From an uncultured Acidobacteriota bacterium (GTDB taxonomy: Bacteria > Acidobacteriota > Blastocatellia > RBC074): a DNA stretch of 64,000 nucleotides. The DNA lies in NCBI GenBank assembly GCA_963796275.1, contig CAWCKY010000006.1, forward strand, positions 1,146,981-1,210,980, written 5' to 3'. The number at the start of each line of letters is the position of its first letter. The stretch's first letter is position 1. The notes under the pieces are model-generated. The model did no database searches. It was not told the DNA's origin and saw nothing but the letters and a program-made list of their open reading frames with translations. A program made the translations under genes and the position numbers. Positions 31,224-40,260 of the stretch are shown here, one piece after another.

Positions 31224-32777
31224 ATGTTCGAAAATCTCTTGATAATTGCGGTCGCGGGAGCGGGGCTCCTGGCTCTCTTCATTGCGCTGATGATCATCAG
31301 CAAAAACTACATTAAAGTTCCGCCGAATGAGGCAGCGGTCTTCAGCGGGCGCAAACGCAAACTGCCCGATGGGCGCGTCGTCGGTTATCGACTGGTGCGT
31401 GGCGGGGCAGCTCTACGCGTACCGCTTCTTGAGAAAGTAGACTACCTATCGCTCAATGTGATCACCATACCGCTCGAGATCAGACGGGCATACACGTTGA
31501 AGGGCGTGCCCGTGTCGGTCAAGGCGGTCGCGAACGTTAAAATCCGCAGCGACGATGTATCGCTACAGGCTGCCGCCGAGCGTTTCCTCGGGATGTCGAC
31601 GCCGGAGGTCCAGAGGGTGATCTTTCAAACGCTCGAAGGGCATTTGCGCGCTATCCTGGGGACGCTCACCGTCGAAGAGATCAACAATGACCGCCAGAGC
31701 TTTGCGCAGAAGCTCACATCGGAAGCTGCATTGGACCTCGAGCGAATGGGCATCGGCGTCGACGTCCTCACTATCCAGGAGATCAGCGATGACGAAGGCT
31801 ACCTCGATGCGCTGGGGAAGCGGCGGACGGCCGAGGTCAAACGCGATGCGCAGATCGGAGAGGCCGAGGCCACGCGTGATTCGAAGATCAACGCATCGCG
31901 GGCCATGCAGGAAGGCGAGAAGGTCAAACTCGAATCCGAAGCGAACATCGCTTTCGCACAGCGCGAGCTGGAGGTCAAGAAGGCGCAATTTCAGGCGGAA
32001 GTCGAAACCGAACGCGCCCGGGCTGATCAGGCGGGTCCGCTCTCGAGCGCCAAAGCGCGTCAGGCTGTCATCGCCGAGGAAGTGCGTATCGAAAAGATTC
32101 GCACGGAAGAACGCATCTCTGTCGAAGAACAGGAAGTGAAACGCAGGGAGCGCGAGCTCGAGTCGACAGTGATCAAACCGGCCGATGCCGAACGGACAGC
32201 GGCGGTTCTGCGTGCCGAAGCGGCCAAACAGGCGGCGATCCTGGAGGCTGAGGGCAGAAAGGCCGCGCTGATCGCGATCGCTGAAGCCGAACAGGAGCGG
32301 TTGCGGCAAGAAGGCATGGGACGCGCTTCGGCCATCGAAGCCGAAGGTAGAGCCGAGGCCGCCAAGATCGAAGCTACCGGAATCGCGCAGGCGAGAGCAA
32401 TAGAAGCCCAAGGTCTCGCCGAAGCCAACGCGATCCTCAAGAAGGCCGAGGCCTGGAAACAATTCAACGAATCGGCGAGGCTGCAGACCATTCTCGAAAA
32501 ACTGCCGAGCATCCTCGAGGCGTCTGCGCCTGTCTTCAGCGCAGTCGCATCACCGCTCGGCAACATCGATAAGGTGGTGATGATCGAACAGGGCAATGGC
32601 CATGGTGCAAGCGGGATCAATCGCTTCGCCTCGACCGCGCCTTCGGTGGTCTTCGGCTTCCTGCAGCAACTTGAGGCCCTGGGAATCAATGTCCCCAATC
32701 TGATCGCGCAGTTGGGCATTGAAACCAAGGCTGATTCAACTAAGAGCGACGCTCTTACCAAAACTGCGGATCAATAG
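31224..32777 (+). CDS. Flotillin-like SPFH/Band-7 protein (FloT/YuaG-like)
   Basis: N-terminal membrane anchor, an SPFH domain, and a long Ala/Glu-rich coiled coil with EA repeats typical of flotillins. A GAGGAGG ribosome-binding site precedes the start. Confidence 0.85.
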   Translation: MFENLLIIAVAGAGLLALFIALMIISKNYIKVPPNEAAVFSGRKRKLPDGRVVGYRLVRGGAALRVPLLEKVDYLSLNVITIPLEIRRAYTLKGVPVSVKAVANVKIRSDDVSLQAAAERFLGMSTPEVQRVIFQTLEGHLRAILGTLTVEEINNDRQSFAQKLTSEAALDLERMGIGVDVLTIQEISDDEGYLDALGKRRTAEVKRDAQIGEAEATRDSKINASRAMQEGEKVKLESEANIAFAQRELEVKKAQFQAEVETERARADQAGPLSSAKARQAVIAEEVRIEKIRTEERISVEEQEVKRRERELESTVIKPADAERTAAVLRAEAAKQAAILEAEGRKAALIAIAEAEQERLRQEGMGRASAIEAEGRAEAAKIEATGIAQARAIEAQGLAEANAILKKAEAWKQFNESARLQTILEKLPSILEASAPVFSAVASPLGNIDKVVMIEQGNGHGASGINRFASTAPSVVFGFLQQLEALGINVPNLIAQLGIETKADSTKSDALTKTADQ

Positions 32778-33154
32778 CTCGTCCCTCTTCGGTGAAACCG
32801 CGGGGAACACGGGTGGCCTCGGATATCTCAGAATCCGCGCCTCCCGTGCCCCCCGTACAGCTGTGACCCGCGGTCATTTCCGACCAACACATGCATCAGC
32901 AATCTCCAAATTGTGGTTGACAAATGCGACCGTTAGAGGTATTTGTTACGTATTGAGACAAAATCTCGATATTGCCCATTGGAGGTTTAAGCAGCGGTCT
33001 TTAATGGGCAGACTCACAGATAGCCCCAGTAGTACGATCTCCCTGATTTACCACTAATAACATTAGCGATTTGCTATATCGGGTGCACGATCTAGCGATC
33101 GAATTGGCGGATACCCCTGCGTAATTAGTTATACATTAAAACAAAAGGAGATAC

Positions 33155-33835
33155 ATGAGATATACACAACCAGCACTATGCTTGTTTATCCTGATGATGG
33201 TGACGGGGATTGCGAGCGCGCAAAATCCACCGACGTGCAATGTGACGAATACAGTCATTGTTCGCGCAACGATCGTCGTCAGCAATACGGCGTTTGATGG
33301 TGGCTGTACGCGATATGTCGCAGGGCCGGAATTGGGCGATGGAAGTCAGGATGAAGATCAGCAGCCGGTTTTCAGGGTTACCAATGGTATGCTTCGAAAC
33401 GTTGTCCTGGGGGCACCGGCGGCTGACGGTATCCATACACGGGGGAATGTGACGCTGAACAATGTTCACTGGCAGGATGTCGGGGAAGATGCATTGACAG
33501 TGAAGGAATCGGGTACTGTCACCATCGACGGCGGCACAGCAACCAACGCCGACGATAAGATATTTCAGATCAATGCCGCCAGCACCTTCAATGTAAGAAA
33601 CTTCGTTGCGAGCAATGGAGGCAAATTCATTCGCCAGAATGGCGGGACGGAATTCACAGTCAACATATTCATCGATAATTGCAATATATCGAATATGGAT
33701 GAGGCGATCGCGCGGACCGACAGCCCCACCACTACGGTGAGGATGACCAACACTCGTTATAGCAATATCGGCGATGCACTCTTCATCGGCTTCGCTCCCG
33801 GTAATGTAAGTCAGTCAAATAATGTTGAGTACTGA
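33155..33835 (+). CDS. Secreted pectate lyase, PL3 family (Pectate_lyase PF03211-like)
   Basis: Signal peptide, then blocks matching PL3 pectate lyases (GAPAADGIHTRGNVTLNNVHWQDVGEDALTVK…DKIFQINAAS…GGKFIRQNGG). Size is about 226 aa. A TTGACA-N17-TATTTG promoter-like motif lies upstream. Confidence 0.6.
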   Translation: MRYTQPALCLFILMMVTGIASAQNPPTCNVTNTVIVRATIVVSNTAFDGGCTRYVAGPELGDGSQDEDQQPVFRVTNGMLRNVVLGAPAADGIHTRGNVTLNNVHWQDVGEDALTVKESGTVTIDGGTATNADDKIFQINAASTFNVRNFVASNGGKFIRQNGGTEFTVNIFIDNCNISNMDEAIARTDSPTTTVRMTNTRYSNIGDALFIGFAPGNVSQSNNVEY

Positions 33836-34285
33836 TATCTGTACACTGGTGCGGGGTCTGTCTTGAGAATACAGACGACGCGCACTTTAAACGATGACGA
33901 CTACTGGGAGCGCAATCGCTCCCAGTAGTCGCAATGAGATACTGACCGTTATTTGTGCCACTGGATAAATCACACCCAATTTCCATATGCTGCGGCGCAG
34001 GAAGTCGGCTGGCAAGCCATATTCGATAACTCCAGTGCGCCGGGGTTTGAAATCACTCCCACCACATTTACAAATGCTTCTCACTATCGATATGATGCTC
34101 AGCGCCATGGTTTTAAGCGGCGAGAATTAACCGTCAGCGATATCTTGTCAGCGAAAGCACTTACCGATACTAAAACCAGCCACATAGGCGGAGATACAGA
34201 GTAGGGAAAGGAAGTTTAACCGTCTGAGGCGATCATATTTCCTTTGTGTCTTTGCGCCTATTTGCTGATTTTTGAGGAGCCATCT

Positions 34286-35761
34286 ATGAAAAAAACAGAC
34301 CGGCACTACGCACTGGGGTTGTTCATCCTAATCTTTATTGTCTGCAGCACGCTCATTCCGCCTCGCGCATCTATGTCACCTGCATTCATGCTCGATGCGA
34401 CGAACTGGAGCCGGCAATCGATCTATTTCCTTCTGACCGACCGTTTCTCAAACGGAGTGGCAGCTAACGACAACTACGGCGGATTCAATTCTGACCGCAG
34501 TGATCCGCGTAAATGGCACGGCGGCGATTTCCAGGGATTGATCAACAAGCTGGACTACATCAAAGGCATGGGATTCACGGCGATCTGGATCACACCCGTG
34601 CAGATGCAACGCGGTATTCACTCCTTCCACGGCTATGCTACTTATGACTTCTATGGCATTGACGGCCATCTAGGCGACATGAATAAACTCAGGGAACTGG
34701 TCGACACGGCTCATGCGAAAGATATCTATGTCATGCTCGACGTGGTAGCCAATCACAGCGGCGATTTTCAGCCATCCAACGGCATCGCCGCGCCGCCTTT
34801 CGACAAATACGATTGGTATCATCACTTTGGAGACGTGCAAGATTACAATGACCAGTTTTGGGTCGAAAATGGAGACGTGGCGGGGCTCGACGATCTCAAC
34901 CAGGACAACCCGGCGACCGCGGCGGAGTTGAAGAATTGGATCTCGTGGCTGCGAACGCAGACCGGTCTGGACGGGTTGCGCGTCGATACGGCCAAACACG
35001 CGCCGAAATGGTTCTGGCGAGACTTCGATGCCGCGGCCAACACCTTCACCATGGGCGAGGTATATCACGGCGATCCGGGATACGTCGCCGATTACACCAA
35101 TTATTTAGATGCGACGCTCGACTTCCCGCTTTACTATACGATCAAGAATGTCTTTGCAAATGATCAGTCGATGTGGCAGATCAACCAGCGTTTCGGGGAC
35201 GACTGGCGGTATAAAAACAAATTCACCAACGGCGTCTTCATCGACAACCATGACGTGCATCGCTTTTTGTGCGACGCCACCGGCCGGCCGGGCGCCAACT
35301 GGGATAAATGGCCTCAGCTCAAAGCGGCTCTCGGCTTCGCCTTTACCATTCGCGGCATACCGATCGTCTATTACGGCACGGAGCAGGGTTTCACCGGGTG
35401 CGCCGATCCATTTAATCGCGAGGACCTATTCGAGAGCTTCAACACGACCAGCCCGCTCTACATCTATATTCAACAGCTCAATGCCGTGAAACGGGCGCAT
35501 CCGGCGCTTCAGGACGGCTGGCAGGAAGAGAAGTGGGTCAATGAAAGCTTTTATGCTTTCCAGCGCTCGAAGAACGGGAACGAGGCTGTCGTCTGCATAA
35601 ACAACAGCTGGGGTTTCCAGAGCATCAATGTGCCGAATATCAGCAACCTGCCGAACGGGACGGTGATGCACAACCGCATGGGCAGCGACAGTGTGACGGT
35701 CAACAATGGTACGGTTACATGCAGTATGGCGGCCAAGGAGGTAAAGATCTTTACAAGATAG
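34286..35761 (+). CDS. Alpha-amylase family glycoside hydrolase (GH13), secreted
   Basis: GH13 conserved regions I-IV (LDVVANH; GLRVDTAKH; EVYH; FIDNHD) and a signal peptide. A GAGGAG ribosome-binding site sits 8 nt before the ATG at 34286. Confidence 0.85.
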   Translation: MKKTDRHYALGLFILIFIVCSTLIPPRASMSPAFMLDATNWSRQSIYFLLTDRFSNGVAANDNYGGFNSDRSDPRKWHGGDFQGLINKLDYIKGMGFTAIWITPVQMQRGIHSFHGYATYDFYGIDGHLGDMNKLRELVDTAHAKDIYVMLDVVANHSGDFQPSNGIAAPPFDKYDWYHHFGDVQDYNDQFWVENGDVAGLDDLNQDNPATAAELKNWISWLRTQTGLDGLRVDTAKHAPKWFWRDFDAAANTFTMGEVYHGDPGYVADYTNYLDATLDFPLYYTIKNVFANDQSMWQINQRFGDDWRYKNKFTNGVFIDNHDVHRFLCDATGRPGANWDKWPQLKAALGFAFTIRGIPIVYYGTEQGFTGCADPFNREDLFESFNTTSPLYIYIQQLNAVKRAHPALQDGWQEEKWVNESFYAFQRSKNGNEAVVCINNSWGFQSINVPNISNLPNGTVMHNRMGSDSVTVNNGTVTCSMAAKEVKIFTR

Positions 35762-36001
35762 TGGGCACAAGGTGATCTCACACACAAAGCGGCTGAGACG
35801 CAAAGAGAAGATAATGGAAGATAAGAAATTAGATATTGAGAAATCCTCTATTTCTCATCTTTTCTTGTTCGAACTTGTTCGAAAGCCTAATCAGAGAATC
35901 ATCGATCAGGTCGTGAAGTTTTAGGAATCGAGAGCCGTCGATAAAAATTGCCCACAATAATCACAAATCTTTGTGACTATTGTGGGCAGTCTCAGGCAGG
36001 A

Positions 36002-37528
36002 TCAGTTAGCCTTATTATTCACTTCAAGTTCGTCCCAAATGCGATGGTGTTTTGTCTCCTTGAGCAGGAGCGAGCCGACGATGAAGGTGATACTCGCGAC
36101 TATAATCGGGTAGTAGAGTCCCGCGTAGATGTTCCCCGTCAAAGCGCATGAGACAAGACCGATGGTGGGCAGCAACCCGCCGAAGACTCCGTTGCCGATA
36201 TGGTAAGGCAACGAGAGCGACGTGTACCGCACTTTCGCCGGGAAGGCCTCAACCAGATAAGCAGCAATTGGACCGTAGACCATGCAGACGAAGATCACCT
36301 GAATGAAGACTAAGAAAATGAGAAGCGCTATGTTCGGATTCGTCGCCTCCTTCGCCGGCTCGAGCTTTGGCTGCCCCGTCACCGGATCTAGAATCGACTG
36401 GCCCGTCGCTGGATCTTTCGCGGATGTCTGCGGTGTCAGCTTGTAATCGAGTGGATTCTTTCCCTTCGTTGAGCTCAGTGCCACTACGTCATTGCCCGCC
36501 GCCTCAGTCATCGCCTGGTAGATCGGTAAATAAAAGATCACTCCGAGCAGACAACCGGCCATCATGATTTTCTTTCGTCCGATCTTGTCTGAGAGCGCGC
36601 CAAAGACCGTGAAGAACGGTGTTCCCAAGAGCACCGCAATGGCGATAATCATGCTGGCCGTGGCCGGTGGCACCTTGAGGATCGTTTGCATATAGTAGAG
36701 CGCATAAAACTGCCCGGTGTACCAGACCACTCCTTGCCCAGCGGTAGCGCCGAAGAGCGAGATCAGCACGCGCTTGAGGTTATCCCATTTGGTGAATGCT
36801 TCCTTCAATGGCTTGGCCGAAGTCATTCCCGCTACCTTGATATGCTGGAAGATCGGCGATTCTTTCATCCTCAGCCGGATATAGAGAGACATCGCAACCA
36901 GAAAGATTGAGAGAATGAACGGAATGCGCCAGCCCCATGCGGAGAAGTCCTCTTTGCTCAGCATATTCTGTATGCCGAGGATAACAACCAGGGATATGAA
37001 GAGCCCGGCTGTCGCTGTGATCTGAATGAAACTCGTATAGAAGCCGCGCCTGTGGTCAGGGACGTGCTCTGCGACATAGACGGCCGCACCGCCGTACTCT
37101 CCGCCGAGAGCCAGTCCCTGCAGCACGCGAAGCAGGATCAGCATTACGGGTGCGGCATAACCGATAGTCTGAAAGGTTGGTAGGAAACCGACAGCTGCCG
37201 TCGCGACGCCCATCAGTACGAGCGTTACGAGAAAGGCGTATTTCCGTCCTACCAGATCGCCGATTCGCCCGAAGAAGAGCGCGCCGAAAGGTCGCACCAC
37301 GAAGCCGACCGCGAAGGTGGCAAGGTATGCGATTAACGCCATCGTATCGTTGCCCGGCGGATAGAAGAGCGGCGATATTGTGACAGCCAGCGAACCGAAG
37401 ATATAGAAGTCATACCACTCGATCACCGTACCGACCGATGAGGCCGTGATGACCTTCCAGATGCTGTATTCCTTCGCCGCGCTCTGGAAAGCGCGTGACT
37501 CACCAACCGTTATGGAGGACTCTGCCAT
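36002..37528 (-). CDS. MFS transporter (metabolite:H+ symporter/ProP-like)
   Basis: 12-TM MFS with the characteristic loop motif (FFGRIGDLVGRKY). Confidence 0.85.
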   Translation of the reverse strand: MAESSITVGESRAFQSAAKEYSIWKVITASSVGTVIEWYDFYIFGSLAVTISPLFYPPGNDTMALIAYLATFAVGFVVRPFGALFFGRIGDLVGRKYAFLVTLVLMGVATAAVGFLPTFQTIGYAAPVMLILLRVLQGLALGGEYGGAAVYVAEHVPDHRRGFYTSFIQITATAGLFISLVVILGIQNMLSKEDFSAWGWRIPFILSIFLVAMSLYIRLRMKESPIFQHIKVAGMTSAKPLKEAFTKWDNLKRVLISLFGATAGQGVVWYTGQFYALYYMQTILKVPPATASMIIAIAVLLGTPFFTVFGALSDKIGRKKIMMAGCLLGVIFYLPIYQAMTEAAGNDVVALSSTKGKNPLDYKLTPQTSAKDPATGQSILDPVTGQPKLEPAKEATNPNIALLIFLVFIQVIFVCMVYGPIAAYLVEAFPAKVRYTSLSLPYHIGNGVFGGLLPTIGLVSCALTGNIYAGLYYPIIVASITFIVGSLLLKETKHHRIWDELEVNNKAN

Positions 37529-37565
37529 CGTGAATTGTTCCTTTCTCGTATCTTGCGTCGCTCAA

Positions 37566-39485
37566 CTAGAACGAGAAGATAGTTGCGAATTCCGATCGGA
37601 TATTGTGTGTCGACCGGCTGGGGATGCCACGAAATAGCGGCAACCCGCCGAAGGCCGCCGATGTGCTGTTCGCCGCGCGCGTGCGGTAATAAGATTGCTC
37701 GTAACCGAACGTCAGCCAGTTGTTGAACTTGTAGTAGATGGTCCCCGCCAGCATGTCGCCTTTGGCTCGATTGCCAAATCTGCGAACGTCACGTGCGAAT
37801 GCCTGGTCTATACCATAATGCAGATAGAAGGTCCACCCTGCATTTCGCCCTTCGGGGTTGGCGTTGAAGATGCGCGAGAGCGGGATCCCGAGATTGACGA
37901 ATCCCCCCTGTCCCCGCACCGGTAGTTGCGGGGCGATCGTCGGCACCCCGTCGAGCAGGCCGAACGCCATCATTGACGAGCCGTCAATCGATGGTCCCAT
38001 TGCCACGCTCTCCAACCCAAAAGTATCGGTGAAATTCGAGAAGAACTGATTGGCGAAGTAAAAACGCAAGTCGGCGCCCCGATAATATTTCAATAGCAAT
38101 GTCATGGCGCGCGTCGGCAGTTGCGCCTCGAGCGAATAACCCCAGCGATCGCTCTCCTGCGTCGCACCGTGAGGGAAATCCGCCAGATAGGCCGCAGGCA
38201 CATTTGCCCTGGGGATAATCAGCTTACGTTTGGACCAGACCCAGCTCGCGATAATTTGCGCGGGCACAACACCTCTGGCTTTGTCGAGCTGCCACTGCGT
38301 CACGAAGCGTCCCTGCATTTCCGGTCTGCCGGAATCTGCCCCCTGGCGCTCGCCAAACCCTTCCTGGTCGCCCACATCCCGGGGCAAGTTGCCGAAGGCC
38401 GGCATCACAAGGGCAAACTCGGGCTGGAAGCTCAATCCACTCTGGTTGCCGGGCACCCTGTAGTTGACTCCGAATCGCGCCTGCGGCGCACGTTCATAGA
38501 GGGTGCCATAGCCCAGGCCAAGCCCTGTGATCTCTAAAATATTGGGCAGCGTCGAGGAACCGAACGGCGTCCAGTCCTGTCCGAAGAGCGCGAAGGCGCT
38601 TGTGCTCTCTGATAACAAGCGATCTATCCGGCCATATGCCAGGCGGATAGAAGGCTGACTTGAACGAATGGTCGCAATATTACGGTTGTTCGAGCGCGGG
38701 AAGCTCCCTTCAAAGTCGAACTCGACCCTGCCGGTGAGCGCCATCCTGGGCGATAAGTCCGGCCACTCGAAATTTGCCCCCAACCGCAATGCGCGCGCCT
38801 TTATATGAAACTCAGGCGATGCATCGGGCCCGGTATCGCCCAGAAACCCTGGCAGCGGAAAATCGTTCCCCATCGGTGATGACGTGTTATGCATTATGCT
38901 CGCTCTGATGAAGCCATAGAGTTTCAGCTTTCCACCGGAGCCGAGCTTGAGATCGGGTATCAGGCCATCACGCTTGATCGGGTCGCTCTGCAATACACGA
39001 ATGGGCGCAGCCACTGCGATCACGGGCGCCTGCGTAGCGGCCGGCGCGGGCGTAGCAGGGGCAGAGACCGTGGTAGGCGCTGGCGCAGGCGCTGATGGAT
39101 TGAGCGCCGTTCCGGGCGTTTGCGGGGCCTGCACAATAACCGGCGCCTCCGGCCTCAGAGCTTCAAACTCACCGCGTGTGATGACCCCCTTGTTGAGTAA
39201 TAATTCCGCGAGCCTCTCACGCCGTTCGATGGGCGTGCCGCTGCCGCCTAAGGATATTGCCTCAGCGTTGTTCAATATCCCCTTGCTCACCAGCACGCGA
39301 ACCAATGGATCAACGATCGCCGCATCCGGAGTGGCCTCAGGCCCGTCCGCCGCCTTGGTCGGAACGTTGTTGCCTCCCGGCTTTTCCTTCCGTTCATTTT
39401 CACTGTATTGACCTGAAGCAAAGGTTGCGAGAAAACTTGACAGCACAAGCGCAATAAGCAGTGAAAGAGGTTTCACAGGTTGCAT
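37566..39485 (-). CDS. Putative outer-membrane beta-barrel porin with Ala/Pro-rich low-complexity N-terminal region
   Basis: Signal peptide (MQPVKPLSLLIALVLSSFLATFASGQ). Two short helical repeats (LVSKGILNNAEA / LLNKGVITRGEFEAL) precede an (A/P/T)-rich linker. The C-terminus ends …EFATIFSF (aromatic, OMP-like). The start is chosen at an internal ATG after GGAAGGAGG; the ORF track extends to 39530. Confidence 0.5.
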   Translation of the reverse strand: MQPVKPLSLLIALVLSSFLATFASGQYSENERKEKPGGNNVPTKAADGPEATPDAAIVDPLVRVLVSKGILNNAEAISLGGSGTPIERRERLAELLLNKGVITRGEFEALRPEAPVIVQAPQTPGTALNPSAPAPAPTTVSAPATPAPAATQAPVIAVAAPIRVLQSDPIKRDGLIPDLKLGSGGKLKLYGFIRASIMHNTSSPMGNDFPLPGFLGDTGPDASPEFHIKARALRLGANFEWPDLSPRMALTGRVEFDFEGSFPRSNNRNIATIRSSQPSIRLAYGRIDRLLSESTSAFALFGQDWTPFGSSTLPNILEITGLGLGYGTLYERAPQARFGVNYRVPGNQSGLSFQPEFALVMPAFGNLPRDVGDQEGFGERQGADSGRPEMQGRFVTQWQLDKARGVVPAQIIASWVWSKRKLIIPRANVPAAYLADFPHGATQESDRWGYSLEAQLPTRAMTLLLKYYRGADLRFYFANQFFSNFTDTFGLESVAMGPSIDGSSMMAFGLLDGVPTIAPQLPVRGQGGFVNLGIPLSRIFNANPEGRNAGWTFYLHYGIDQAFARDVRRFGNRAKGDMLAGTIYYKFNNWLTFGYEQSYYRTRAANSTSAAFGGLPLFRGIPSRSTHNIRSEFATIFSF

Positions 39486-39863
39486 AGAGGTGCAATTCCT
39501 CCTTCCATGGTCGATGTAGGGGCGATTCATCGATTAGTTGTAGGTAACAAAATTTTGATGGTACTTCGTGCTGACGTTTATCCTGACAATCCCTGTGCCT
39601 CACTCAATCTACGGGTTGTGAAGCTTGTCACCTTACTGAAAGCAGAAGCTTTATGCATATGAGCGCATTAACCGAGATGTCGTGAGAGTCTCAATCGAAG
39701 GACAGGTGAGATGATTTTGCATTGCTGAATTGGGAAGAAATTTCTCGCTCTGATATGTCAGAGTTTTCAGTGCCGTAGTTTAGATGACGGAATTCGAGAC
39801 AACGAGAAATAAAGATAGTAGAGACAGGATATAGAAATAGGCCAGCTCGGAACAACGATTACG

Positions 39864-40253
39864 TCAGTCATCTCCGAGCAATTGCCGGACGTGAGCGACG
39901 AGCTCTTTAGGCGAGAAAGGTTTGGTAATGTAAGCGTCCGCACCGAGGGATAGCCCCTTCTGAATCTCCGAATCACGGCCTCTGGCGGTGACCATGATGA
40001 TTCTGATCCCTTTCCATAGCGGGTTTGCGCGAATCTCACGACAAGCCTCGAAGCCGTCTTTGAGTGGCAACATGATATCGAGCAGGATGAGGTCCGGGTG
40101 TCCGGCGATCACCTGTGTCAGGACTTCCTCGCCATTGCGGGCGATCAGCGTCTGATACCCGTTACTCTCCATGAGGAACTCGAGTGAGGTGACAATATTC
40201 GGCTCATCATCGGCGATCAGAACTTTTCTAGTCATAAGCTCAACACTGCTCAT
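39864..40253 (-). CDS. Stand-alone CheY-like response-regulator receiver protein
   Basis: Roughly 125 aa beginning MSSVELMTRKVLIADDEPN…LLDIMLPLKDG…ITKPF. It starts 8 nt after the stop of the upstream histidine kinase. The long ORF-track extension (to 40520) overlaps the kinase gene and is not coding. Confidence 0.75.
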   Translation of the reverse strand: MSSVELMTRKVLIADDEPNIVTSLEFLMESNGYQTLIARNGEEVLTQVIAGHPDLILLDIMLPLKDGFEACREIRANPLWKGIRIIMVTARGRDSEIQKGLSLGADAYITKPFSPKELVAHVRQLLGDD

Positions 40254-40260
40254 ATCGACA

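Noticed and set aside
31687-32139. 150-aa Arg/Ser-rich ORF within flotillin on the + strand in another frame
   Set aside because: Alternate-frame read-through of the GC-rich, Ala/Glu-repeat coiled-coil region. The composition (R/S/K-rich) is non-protein-like.
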